A stretch of 44,932 bases of DNA from Nemertoderma westbladi (Eukaryota; Animalia; Xenacoelomorpha): the NCBI GenBank assembly GCA_032718475.1, contig JAUCBJ010007638.1, positions 1-44,932 of the forward strand. Direction: 5' to 3'. Shown here one piece after another: positions 11,428 through 22,456 of this stretch; the first letter of the stretch is position 1; each line of letters opens with the position of its first letter. A model generated the notes under the pieces. The model searched no databases. It saw only the letters and a program-made list of their open reading frames with translations, and was not told where the DNA came from. The position numbers were made by a program, and so were the translations under genes.

Positions 11428-12690
11428 AATGGTGTAATGCGTTGCCTTGAATTCAATGGCTCAAAGTCAAGATGCTGTGGGTTCAAACCTCCATGGGAGG
11501 GTTCAGGGGAGTTTTTGTTTCGGCACGAATACTTTAAATTGGTATACAGACGTTTCGGCCTAGGACGAAAAGGCCAAGTTGTTTTATTATATGATAATAA
11601 TTATTCATTAAAATTAGACTTATTTCACAATAACATACAAACAACACTAAGTGTTGTTAAGTCTTAATGAAATATCTTTTATGAAAAGGCTATTTAATTT
11701 ACCTTTATTACAAAATTAAATAAACAATATGTCTACCTTGGCTACTTCAGAATAGGTGTATCAGAGTTCCTACTATGTAACAATTGTTCTAGTAACGTAA
11801 AAACTTCAAAACAAATATATTGAACAACTTATTCTTAAAATTATGTTTGGTTTACATTTGCTTTGTAAGAAGTGATGATGAGGATGACATATATTTAAAA
11901 GTAGTAGAATAGCATAATAGTCGAAGTAATACTGTATAAAGTAATTGATTTAATTTTGTAACAATAAAGACAATATTAACGATTGGAGGACTGCAAATTA
12001 GCACTGGTATTTCGCATACCGGTAGCAATTCTAGAACAGGTGATAATCTTGTTTATCACATTATGTTCGAACGTCGGAACGTCTTGCTCTTGAACGCGAA
12101 GGGAGAATAGCACAAAATTAACAGTAGTAAGACAAACAATATCCCGCATTAATTTAGTACTGTATGTTGCAAATAATCTTACTTTTTTATACTATATATT
12201 GTAGTATTGATGAACAGTTTATACAGAAGCTTCTGCAAATAAACCTTGTATAACTTAACTACTGATGCCAATTTATCTGCGTCAGGTTCTACATGTATAA
12301 CCGTATGTCACATTCTGGGACAGGTGATAATCTATGTATAATAGCGATTGGAGGTTAAACATTAGTCCTATTTAAAATAATTAATGGGTATTATAATTAA
12401 CAGTTAAATGTATTAAAATTATATGCATATAATCTTCTACATATTACATTGTGTAGACTAAACTTTATATTTGACTTATTTAAGGGAGTAAAGTGAATCT
12501 TTGGGCCAAAACGTCCGACAAGCAAATCTTCTATTTAACTCATTGGGCCGAAACGTCCTAGGCCAAAACGTCTTAGACCGAAACGTCTGTTACCCCTTTA
12601 AATTGTACAGTATATAGCCATTATCTCATCTCTGCCTTTCATCTTAAATGGTAGCTAAATGGGTACCACTTTCCTCTGGGGAGTATAGTT
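11428..12690 (+). mobile_element. tRNA-derived SINE split by a MULE-like insertion
   Basis: Head TGGTGTAATGCGTTGCCTTGAATTC...GGGTTCAAACC...GTTTCGGCACGAATACTTTAAATT (11428-11540). Body resumes at 12605 (TCTCTGCCTTTCATCTTAAATGGTAGCTAAATGGGTACC...TTTCCTCTGGG), collinear with the uninterrupted copy at 12930-13200. Confidence 0.75.
11541..12595. mobile_element. Non-autonomous Mutator-like (MULE) DNA transposon, 1055 bp
   Basis: Imperfect TIRs GGTATACAGACGTTTCGGCCTAGGACG / CGTCTTAGACCGAAACGTCTGTTACCC, with repeated GACGTTTCGGCC-type units. Perfect 9-bp TSD CTTTAAATT (11532-11540, 12596-12604). Confidence 0.85.
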
Positions 12691-12929
12691 TGTACAGAGG
12701 ATATTCTTGGAATTCTTAAGTTAGGCGGGACGCGTGGCAACAATGGGAAGTACTGTATAACTATTGTCTTGCAAATGGCAGCCAAAGTGAAATCTATTTA
12801 AGTAATCGTGAATTGTTAATTCGATAAAAATGAAGAACACCACATTGACAGGGTAGATAAGGACGAGGTACAGTAGATTTAAACCCAGGAAGTGGCTCAA
12901 TAGTTGATCGTATTCCTTGTGCACTTCCG

Positions 12930-13200
12930 GTAAAAAGTAAAGTAAATTTTCTTCGGCCGCCAGGCCAGGGATTACGCAGAAAGTCTCACGACTTTTGTCC
13001 AGTGCGATCCCCTTAGACTCCCCAGAGGAAACTCCAGTACTCATTTAGCTACCACTTAAGGATTCAAGGCAGATAGATGTGCCATGGCTGGTCCCTCTAA
13101 AGCATTCGTGCCGAAACGAAAACTGCCCTGGCCCATGTGAGGATCGAACCCACGACCTACGGTTGATGTGAATTCAATGCAACCTTTACACCAAGGTGGA
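12930..13200 (-). mobile_element. Near full-length tRNA-derived SINE
   Basis: Minus strand TCCACCTTGGTGTAAAGGTTGCATTGAATTC...GGGTTCGATCC, central CTTAAGTGGTAGCTAAATGAGTACT, and a 3' tail TTTACTTTACTTTTT. Confidence 0.75.
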
Positions 13201-14149
13201 ACTTTGGTTGAACCGGTGATCGATGTCGAAACTCAGATATCGTCATTCCCATGGGAGTGAATATGTTGGGTGTCTTCCTTGTTTAGCCATTGTGTACAGC
13301 TGAATTAATGAAGTATTTACATTTAGATAGCAAGTCGTTAGACTTGATTATTGTAAGAAAATTGATGGCAGAAAAAACGAATGTTGACTACTGGCTACTG
13401 ACCTAGAGCAAAACGACTAGATTTAGATGAAATTTTGCACGAACCATGAAAATAGATTTCTAAGGGTACTTGTGAAATCGCGGTTTAAATTGAAACATCT
13501 CAACTTGTTTTATTTCGCAAAATAGCTTAAAAATAAGGCTGAATGTTTACTCAGCCTCATAATGATTCTCCATAAGGCTAACATTATAGTTTGAAATATA
13601 AAAATCTGTTTTACTAATAATATAGTTGTTGTATTTAATTAATATCGTGGTTTACATTGAACAGTGTAAATTGTTAATCGCGGTTTACATTGAAACATCT
13701 CAACTTGTTTTATTTATTACAAAAATAAGAACGAATTTGTCTTATCACTTCTTGGGCGCGATTGTATTGAATCCATGACAACTGCTGTTATTATTATCAC
13801 CTCGACACCTAATTGACACCTCGGTTCCTCTAGCTGAGACTCAGACTACTCTATCCGATAGAATAAAATAATCATTTCGCTAACTGCTCTCTATCTTCGA
13901 TAATCACAACAGCTTTTATAATTTATTAGATGATTACAACATAATAATTATAGTTTGAAGTTGTCTAGAAAATTTCTCGTACACCACCGGGACTACCCTC
14001 ACACTAATTGATTATCAGACAGAACAAAAAGCTTTTTCTTGACTCGTATTGTCTCCTACGACTTGCTTCACGGGGCGCTAGGCCCGTCTCTAGTTTTAAT
14101 ACCATAATAATTTCAAAGTTAACATTTTGTATTAACTGTACTGAGTATT

Positions 14150-14270
14150 TTTCTGACGTGACGTTCAAGGGGGGGGGGGGGGGGGGGGGGTTACAACATT
14201 CGTGACAGTGTGACAGAGGTGGGGGTCGAAAATCGTCAAAAAAGCGCGACATCATTTTGTGCACGGCCCT
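14150..14270. mobile_element. Probable PIF/Harbinger MITE terminus (one end only)
   Basis: Poly-G, GTGACA repeats, then AAAAAAGCGCGACATCATTTTGTGCACGGCCCT followed by TTA. Partner end not found. Confidence 0.45.
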
Positions 14271-14830
14271 TTATATATATTATATTGTAGGTCTGCTTAG
14301 TTTAGACGGCCGAGAAATTGATGCAGGGAGAGAGAGTAATGTGTGCTAACTGAAATATGAGCTGTAAATGAATGCGATATAGTACGAGAGAATAATTATA
14401 GTGATAATCTGATCTAATTAATTGGCACACCTTTGACACACGTTCCTCGCCTTACTGTGGAATAAAACCTCTATTTCAATTTCTGAGAACTTCAGTGCGT
14501 GTTACATGGACATCATGCTGGGTAATTGTGTATTCGAATGCTAAGTTGCGATACATAGTCAATATGTATGGGCCATTGTGCTCCGTTTCCTGGGGTATTC
14601 CCTGTTTATCCAGTGATAAAATATAGCCAATGATATTTCAAATACTGAAACAGTTAAATTATTATTATTTAATCTTCTAGAGTGTGATAGAAGAACTAAG
14701 GCCATGGACCCTCCAACAATCAAAACAAAATGAACATGTAGAACACCTACAATCATTGTTTCGTCAGCACCGGTATAATAATCCTAACTATTAAATACCG
14801 GTAAACAACAATAGGTTATCGCCAGGGCAA

Positions 14831-16960
14831 CTACTCGTCTCGCGAACTTAGAACGGTAACGTCCTCGCGGACTAAAAATTCCAGAATTTCTTCTTCGTAG
14901 TTATCCTCATCGTCATCTAAGTCGAGGTCGTCGTCGCAATCCACACCGTCTCGGAGTTCCTTCCGCTCGGGTTGCTGCTGACGCCAGTTGTCCTTCATCT
15001 GTTGCCGCCACTGCTTGTAGCGATCTGTCAGAGCTTCGCGTTTCATAAGAAGCTCCTTGGAAGCCTTCGTGTGGCTGAGCCGATCCTTAATCTCGAAATC
15101 CTTCTGGTACTTCTTGATGTTCTTCCTCACCTGTTTCACGTCGGCCTCGTCCAACACGGTAGCGGGACGCGGTCGCCACAGCAGCTGAAGGAACTCATTC
15201 ACAGGATTCCGCTGAATCAACTTCCCTTGGAAACTCCACAACCAGTAGGCGTTGTCCACCTTGTGATGCAGGTAGGAGACGGAGGACACGACATAGCGAC
15301 CGGTGGGATCCCAATCAACGTCAGTCGCCATGAAGTGCTCCACCGTGTTCGCGGTCGTCATATCGGAGGTGTCGATAAACTCGAGAGTCCCCCCGACAGC
15401 GGAACTCCGGATATCCGCGACCACGAGGAACTTCCCCTGCGGACACCACGACAGGTAGTTCATCGAGCGTTTCTCCAACGTCTTCAGCAACACAACTTTG
15501 TCGCTTTTCATCTCGTATAGACTCACACTGGTCCTCGGGGATTCACCGTGAATGATCGCGAGTTTGTGACCTTGCGGTTCCCATCCAACCGATATAACGT
15601 CCTCCTTTAGCTCAACCGTGTCCACCGGAATCCCCTTTCCCGCCATCCGAAACAACTCCAAGTTGTATGAAGTGGTTTTCTTCGTCTTGGACGAGGTGTA
15701 ACGATCTACTTTCACGCAGAAGTAGAGCCCTTGCGGGTGCCAACTCATCGTGCAGTTGATAACGTTGAATAAATTCTTGGATCTCAGCTCTTCCCGACTC
15801 GGGAAACCAAAGAGCGTTACTTTAGCGGGAGTGTCTTGGTTCTCCGGGGCCCAACAAGCCAGGATGTTGTCGCCCGGAGACCAGCCCATCTCCTTCACGT
15901 CGGATACCTTTATAGACTTCCGTCCGTGCAGCCCGAACGACGGAGTCTCGTAGACGCTGATCGCGTCCGGTGAGATTCGCGCAAAGAACTTCCCGTCAAA
16001 ACTCCACTTAAACACGGGCCACGCGGTGGTCAGGCTGTCGCAATGGAAACTCCGTTTCTTCACGCCGCTCTTAATGTGCCAAATGATAAGGGCGGTTGGC
16101 TCGTCAGAGGGAAGGACAGCATGTAACTCCGGGCTGAAGGTAACCAAGTATGTTTCGCACGGAGAGAAATCCAACATCTGGACGTTGGCGTGTCCGAAAC
16201 GATACAACCGACGGAAATCCTTCCCGCCCCACAGAATGATGCCTTTATTGTGATGGAAAGTCGCCAAGTAAGTACCACGCGGACTCCAGACGACCGGCGC
16301 GTCGGACCATCTCTGTTTCTCGTGGACCAACTCGGCCTGGTTGACGGTGTTGCGGTATATGGCGGTGCGACACCCGCGATCGTACGTTATAACGTACTCG
16401 TCGAAACAATTATCATCCAGCAACCAGTTCTGTAGATCGGATTGTTCATGGTACGGGAGGGGTTCCGGGACTTCCCAATCCTGCGAGAGGTTGGCGAACT
16501 TCTCGAAGTCGCTGAACAGATTGACTGCAAGAGTGTGAGACTTGTCAAGTTTGAGCCCATTGAGGTTAAGGGCCTCTTTGGCGCTCTGTGGTTTCGAGTA
16601 GCACAGGAATATAAATCCTTTGGTGGTGCCCTTCTCGTCTACAGGATAGTGATCGTGAGTGATGCTGCCAAACTTACCGAAATGTTTGTGGAGAACGCTC
16701 TTGAGTTTCTCGAAACGATCGGGATTTACTTGGGGCACATTATCCACGACAATAACGCAGTCATTGACGTCAGATACGCTGGGTCTCTGACGCAGAATTT
16801 CGAACAATAATTCCTCATCGGTTATGGAATCAACGTAATTATCGGGATCGCTGAAATCGGGAAGCTCTTCATCCTCAATCCCGTTCTGCACTGAAACCAA
16901 AGCTTCTTCAGATTCGCTCCCGCGTGTTGATCGCCTCTCCCTCATTTTACTAGTTGACAT
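14831..16960 (-). CDS. EIF3B: Eukaryotic translation initiation factor 3 subunit B (Prt1), single-exon ORF, 709 aa from the first ATG
   Basis: PDFSDPDNYVDSITDEEL N-terminal motif; RRM (VIVVDNVPQV...TKGFIFL...LDKSHTLAVNLFSDFEKF); beta-propeller repeats (WSPRGTYLATFH, DFSPCETYLVTFS, WDPTGRYVVSSVS...DNAYWLWSFQG); WRPRP and the C-terminal helix. The track's 16999 start is TTG; the first ATG is at 16960 (alternative 16945). Confidence 0.96.
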   Translation of the reverse strand: MSTSKMRERRSTRGSESEEALVSVQNGIEDEELPDFSDPDNYVDSITDEELLFEILRQRPSVSDVNDCVIVVDNVPQVNPDRFEKLKSVLHKHFGKFGSITHDHYPVDEKGTTKGFIFLCYSKPQSAKEALNLNGLKLDKSHTLAVNLFSDFEKFANLSQDWEVPEPLPYHEQSDLQNWLLDDNCFDEYVITYDRGCRTAIYRNTVNQAELVHEKQRWSDAPVVWSPRGTYLATFHHNKGIILWGGKDFRRLYRFGHANVQMLDFSPCETYLVTFSPELHAVLPSDEPTALIIWHIKSGVKKRSFHCDSLTTAWPVFKWSFDGKFFARISPDAISVYETPSFGLHGRKSIKVSDVKEMGWSPGDNILACWAPENQDTPAKVTLFGFPSREELRSKNLFNVINCTMSWHPQGLYFCVKVDRYTSSKTKKTTSYNLELFRMAGKGIPVDTVELKEDVISVGWEPQGHKLAIIHGESPRTSVSLYEMKSDKVVLLKTLEKRSMNYLSWCPQGKFLVVADIRSSAVGGTLEFIDTSDMTTANTVEHFMATDVDWDPTGRYVVSSVSYLHHKVDNAYWLWSFQGKLIQRNPVNEFLQLLWRPRPATVLDEADVKQVRKNIKKYQKDFEIKDRLSHTKASKELLMKREALTDRYKQWRQQMKDNWRQQQPERKELRDGVDCDDDLDLDDDEDNYEEEILEFLVREDVTVLSSRDE

Positions 16961-17100
16961 ACCGGTAACGATCAGACTGGAACACAGGAAAACAATCAAA
17001 AGGCCTACAATAAATCACGTTATTTAACTAACCTACCGGTAACCTGCAGAGCTGTACGGCTGTAAGTGTAACCTGCCTGCCTGCTAGTAACTGATTAAGG

Positions 17101-18319
17101 CAGTAGGGCACTTTTGCCCAATCGGGCCATAACTTATGGCTCGATCAGGCCATACGATATTGCCAGATCGGGCCATTTTTGACTGATTTTCTTGTCGCAC
17201 TTCCAGGGCAGGAATCGCACTTAACCACTGTTACTACATTGTTAGCCACCCTATATAGGCTAGGAATAATTCCCTATGACTCATGAGAGTTTGCATGTTG
17301 ACGTTCTATAGGTTGATACTTGGAAGGCTGTAATCGTCTTGCCCGATCGGGCCATACATAAAATTATCCGTGGGGTGGCTGAGGAATATTATTATATGTA
17401 TGGCCGGATTGGGCCAGTACAGCAGTATGATGCTACAGTAGATACCCCCACCCCCCCCCCCCCCCCCACCCCCCCATGACTGATCGTTCGAATATTCACT
17501 CAAGTCTGCAAGTTTGATTCTTATAAAACAACGTAAGAAGTTGAAGGCAGTGGAGCAAAGCAATTTAAGTTTAACAGAGCCTGAGAGAGCAATGCTTCTT
17601 CTTGACATAATATCCAAGAATTAAAATACGGCAACTGACAACTGAATAATAATATTAATAAACAGCAAAATAAACATCAAGCAAGCAATAGCAAATGGTA
17701 AGTCGAGTACAAAGTATTGACTAATAGTAATTGGCCTATAACAAACAAGTATAACAGTAGGGCCTATAAGTTTATTAGTGTATAATTATAATAAATCAAA
17801 ATCAAACAGCTCTTCATACTATCTGACTATGGCCTTGGCTTGGCCTACACTGCTACACTACACTACTGTATACAGACTGCCAGCATACAGCACAGCATTA
17901 ACACAGTCACACTGACCATTGCAAAGCGAAACGACAAATGTGAATTTTTACTTAATATTTTTAAAAGGTCTACTGTAGAGGGATTTACTTTTCACTGCTG
18001 ATTTTTTTTAACAGTGAAATGTGAAATTTCAATTTACGGTATAGGCCTACGCCTATTAATTTTAAATTTTTATTCACTGCACAGAATGAAAATATTTCGC
18101 TGTTTAAAATTTCGCATTTCACTGTATCTCAGAACTGCCCTAGAAAATTAATTATGGCCTGATTTGGCAAGTACAAGTATGTATTGCCCCATTGGGCCAG
18201 GTTATGGCCCGATCGGGCGGATTTGCATTTCGTGGGATATGGCCCGTTTAGGCCATGCCCATAGTATTGCCCCATCTGGCCATAAAAGTATGGCCCGATT
18301 GGGCAAAAGTGCCCTACTG
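17101..18319. mobile_element. Non-autonomous DNA transposon, 31-bp TIR, 5-bp TSD (superfamily uncertain)
   Basis: Perfect TIR CAGTAGGGCACTTTTGCCCAATCGGGCCATA (17101-17131 / 18289-18319). TSD TAAGG at 17096-17100 and 18320-18324. Subterminal ATCGGGCCA-type repeats. Confidence 0.9.
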
Positions 18320-19837
18320 TAAGGGGACCATTCGGAAGTGAAATTTTCGGAAATTTACAAAATTAAAAATTGTCTTTTACCGGCAGACCTGTCAACCTGT
18401 AGGCCTACTCTGTGTTTGTAGTTTGATATTGATAGAAGGACTTTCTGGCTTTCATCATTCATGTTTGCATGTGCCCATGTGATGACATTGAATGATTGTT
18501 TGACCACAAACTGACAAACAGACAAAACAGCACTTTTCAACAACATAACTTATGGCTGATAATCATGACTGTCTGTACTGCTGTACGGTAGTGGGTAGGC
18601 CAAGACTAGTAGACTGCAGGACTGCGCGCTGTTGGGCCTATAACTGTAAAACAGTAGGCTATAACAGTATAAAACAACCTTTTTCTCAGTTTGTCGATTT
18701 TTAATTTTTCATCCTAAATTCCATACTATAGTCAGACAGTACAACGGTACCGTACAGGTACCTACTTTTTTAAAGTGTTTAGGCCTACTACCGGTACTGC
18801 AGTACTGTCATGGTCACCAAACATATCACATATCTCAGTACTGCAGTAGGCCTACAGCAGTACCTATCTGCATATAGGCCTACCAAAATATTCAGAAGCT
18901 TTCCGGCTTTAGGGCTACAATCCAGCAATCTGACAATCGCAAATCGTAAGATAAGATAAGATAATATATTTTATTAGAGGAGACACCTCGGCTAGTGCAG
19001 CAACTTAACAATGAGGCAGTGATTTTTTATGTCCTTTTATTTGACTTTTTCTGTCCTCCTTTTTTTACGAATTGTGCATAATGACTTTTGTTGTCCTTTT
19101 AATGACTTTTGTTGTCCTTTTAATGACTTTTTACGGGTAAATCTTTTCGACCTACGCGTAGGCCTACGCGTAGCTACGCGTAGCTACGCGTAGCTACGCG
19201 TAGTTTGTAACTTCCATTCCTGTCATTTACCGGTAGGGCCAGACTTACTGCCATTTTAACAACTACGCGTAGGTGTTTTAAAACTACGCGTAGTTATTTT
19301 GGAACTACGCGTAGGTATTTTGAAACTACGCGTAGATGCTACGCGTAGCTACGCGTAGGTGCTACGCGTAGCAGTCCTGATAACAATGATTTTTCATTTC
19401 AGGTCCGGTAGGGTTGAGTTGTTAGGCAAGTATCGGTATATGTCAGGTATCTGATTATCAGACAAGGGATAACAGAATCGGAAACTCATATCTCTACATA
19501 CAGCACTGGTAATAAATAATATTCGGCTCTTTCACATACAAACACAGGATGAATAAAAAGTAGACTTAAAATTCACGTCTCTTGATTCAAGTATCTTTGT
19601 TTCCATTGGATTATTGAAATATTCTACAGTAGTAAGCTACCAATCTACCAGTGAAGTGGTTAAGCGAAAGCTGATAAATACTGCATAAAATTAAATTGTT
19701 TGGTCAAATAACAAGTGCAACCAATCATGGTAGACAATTTAGTCTCCCCCTTCCCTTGTCAAGGGGTTAACATATTAAATATATCCTTGCCCTATCGTGA
19801 ACACAGGCAATAAAAAGCATACAGAATCTATAAGAAC

Positions 19838-21097
19838 TGTTCGCGCTTTCGAAGACCTTTAGCAGTTTAACCTGCCAAAATTTATATGTCTTTTCGTTAA
19901 TTAAAACCACTTTAGCATACGACAATAATTTATGCTAATACGCAAAACATTAGCCGAAGTCAGCCCATGCGCGATCATTCACCCGATGGATCTACACCCG
20001 GGAGACTGAATTCGGATGCTTGAATTGTATTATTACAGTGTAAGGTTGCAGTGTATACCTAATGTATTATTCGATAGATCGTTAATAATTAATCTCTGAC
20101 AGCTATTATTGGCTTTCGGGAAATATTAACAGTTCCTTTAGGACGTGGCGCTTTATCTATTTAAACAGAACTAAGACTTATACTAAACGCAACGATACTG
20201 CTTATGATTAAAGTATAAAACGTATTCTTTAGGAAATACTTTGTTACCAATCACGATCATACACACTATTCTGCCGACAGTCAGTACATTTGATCACACA
20301 TAAAGAGAGCAGTAATTGACTCACGTAGGGTCTGCTAAATAACATTGGATTCAATACACACCACATTAATATAAATCGCAATTGTTATGTATAGCCGGTC
20401 TCTCTAACCTGTAGTGTTATCAAGAAAATTGGGAATTGGGTGATTTATCCGTATTATCCAAATAGCAATATTTCCATCAACAAATAGGTACAATTAATAA
20501 CTGACGGTAAAATAACAGTACAAACAATATGATTAATGCAATTAAATTAAGTAAGTAAAGTATCAAGGTGAGATGAGTGATTTAAGTCAGTGAGTAGGTA
20601 ACAGTTTATACTTTCGATAATTCAAGCAGTTTACGGTACAGCAGTATCTATCCAAAAATGCCGATGTTTCTGGCTTAGACAGCAATAACAACAAAGTATC
20701 AAGAAAAAACAGTAAGACTGAACACTCTCCTTATGATCGGCTGAAAAGCTACACGTCGACAGGAAAAATCGCTCTGATTGGCTCAAGCCAAACAAAGAAC
20801 CACGAGTCCAATGGCTGTTTCCATGTCAGCAACCAGCTGTTAGATGTCGTAATATGAATCATCACGGCTAAGCTGTGAAAGGTGGTTGGTGCATTACAGG
20901 TTTTTTGCCTTACCATGTCCGCTAAAACACGTATATAGCAGAATGATTTTTATGTCCGTTAAAACACCTGTAACGGTACCTTGCGGGCGAGGGGAATATA
21001 TATACAGTTAGAGAACCTTTTAGAGTATTCCAGCGCCTGGGGGGAAACTGGATTGCGAAGCAAAAGGGGCCAGTTATATCCCACAGAAGCTTTTACA
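19838..21097 (-). repeat. 3' LTR (1260 bp)
   Basis: Direct repeat of 31024-32283 of equal length; I found no differences by eye. Confidence 0.96.
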
Positions 21098-21106
21098 CCG
21101 CTCCCA
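21098..21106 (-). promoter_or_regulatory. Putative polypurine tract
   Basis: Sense TGGGAGCGG directly abuts the TGTAAAAG start of the 3' LTR. Short and imperfect. Confidence 0.55.
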
Positions 21107-21200
21107 GAAAATGGGATTTAAGTCTATAAAATATACAAAATCACAGTTTCTCAAATACGAAAATACTCTAAACAGTTAGTCTTTCATGAGCGGACGGCGT

Positions 21201-22456
21201 TTACGCAGTCAAGAGTAGAGTCTTTTTCTCTTTGGGGCGAGCCACTTTACAAGGAGGGCTATAACTCCTGGGTGAAGGGTGCAACATGATTGCATCAGAG
21301 GGTATAGGATTATGGTCGGTGTATCCGCCAGTCGAAGTGCCGAGTTGATTGACATCAACGTCGGGGGAGAGGGGTCTAACGGCTTTGAGAGCTCGTTTCA
21401 AGACAGCCGCTCTTACGGGTCCTTTACGAGTGGTCTGAACGAGGGCCGTGGGTGGACCATAGGCAGTTAGAAACTTCCTTGGTTTAATGGTTCTTTCCAA
21501 CTCGCGTTCGCGGGCTCGGTACTCGTAAGGCCGTCGATATACTTCCTGTAACTCGATATGCGTGATTTCTGTTCGACAGAAGCGAATAGATAAGGATGGA
21601 ACGCATAAATTCCTTCGTAAGCGCGTCCAGGATAATAGCGATGGCGCGAATCACGATGTAAATCAGCGTTCGCTTCCCAAGCTCTAATGTAACGTAGTGT
21701 GATCATTTCATCTACGCTTTCCAAATCGCGATTAAAAGGGCAATCGAAACTGGCGTGTCCCTTTAGTGGACAGTGGTGACATTGAGTCATAAATTGAGGG
21801 CAAACCGCAAAAATATGCAAATTATTAAATCTGCAATACGCTCAATAAATTTCCATCGCCGGTTGTTCGTGGAAATAGGAACAGCGGACGTTTGTGTCCA
21901 TGGGCGTAACATGGTCTCTCGATGCGCATAACCGACAACGTTGCCGAGAAACATAGTTGGCATGGCGATAATCGTACGCAGTGAGACACTGTGGACCTTG
22001 ATACCATTCTAGGATGTAATCGTTGTCGCTGTTCCGAGCGCGATAGGCTGAATCTCCTCAGATTCTAGTCATATTGGTTCGTCTTCCCAGTCTGTTACGA
22101 ATAGAATTTTCGTGATCTATTCTCGGTTTATCGTTCCGCCTCCGCTGGGTATGATATTTAAATAGAACCATTTCCCTTTCGGTGTCTACATCGTCCGTAT
22201 CATGTAAATCGATAGGATGGCCGGTAGTTAGGAGGTCCATATACGTATTATTACGATGCGTATAGCGAGCGGTTAATTTTCGATAGTCCAATTCACGCGT
22301 AAGTTGCTCTTGGGACATCGGCGGTTCGATATAACGACCATCGTCCTCCGTAATAGTCGGATCGGCTTCACCGCGTATCAAGCTATCCACAAACGCTTGT
22401 AAAGGTAGAGTATATCGCTCTCTAATACCAAGGTCATCTTCTATTAATTCCATCAT
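21201..22456 (-). pseudogene. Decayed accessory ORF2 with three Cys/His zinc-knuckle-like motifs
   Basis: One frame runs from 22456 to 21467, broken only by TGA at 22060-22058 and 21844-21842. It encodes CRLCASRDH-x9-C, *AYCRFNNLHIFAVC and CHHCPLKGHASFDC. A probable frameshift near 21570 links it to the frame ending at 21201. A branch-point/acceptor-like TACTAAT...CAG precedes the ATG. Confidence 0.7.

Noticed and set aside
13120-13200. Functional tRNA genes (also at 3020, 7620, 11430 and 440)
   Set aside because: A/B boxes are present but there is no consistent cloverleaf, and each runs into a shared non-tRNA body; these are SINE heads.
14972-16810. Plus-strand ORFs of 65-182 aa
   Set aside because: Antisense shadows of the GC-rich eIF3b CDS with no recognisable motifs.
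16961-16999. eIF3b N-terminal extension MIVFLCSSLIVTG from the ORF track
   Set aside because: It begins at TTG and overlaps a polypyrimidine/AG acceptor; the first ATG is at 16960.
21842-22060. Selenoprotein or programmed UGA recoding as the main explanation of ORF2
   Set aside because: A probable frameshift near 21570 points to ordinary decay, the first TGA could be a CGA>TGA change, I could not identify a SECIS, and the host RASSF and eIF3b ORFs need no recoding. Kept only as a minor alternative.
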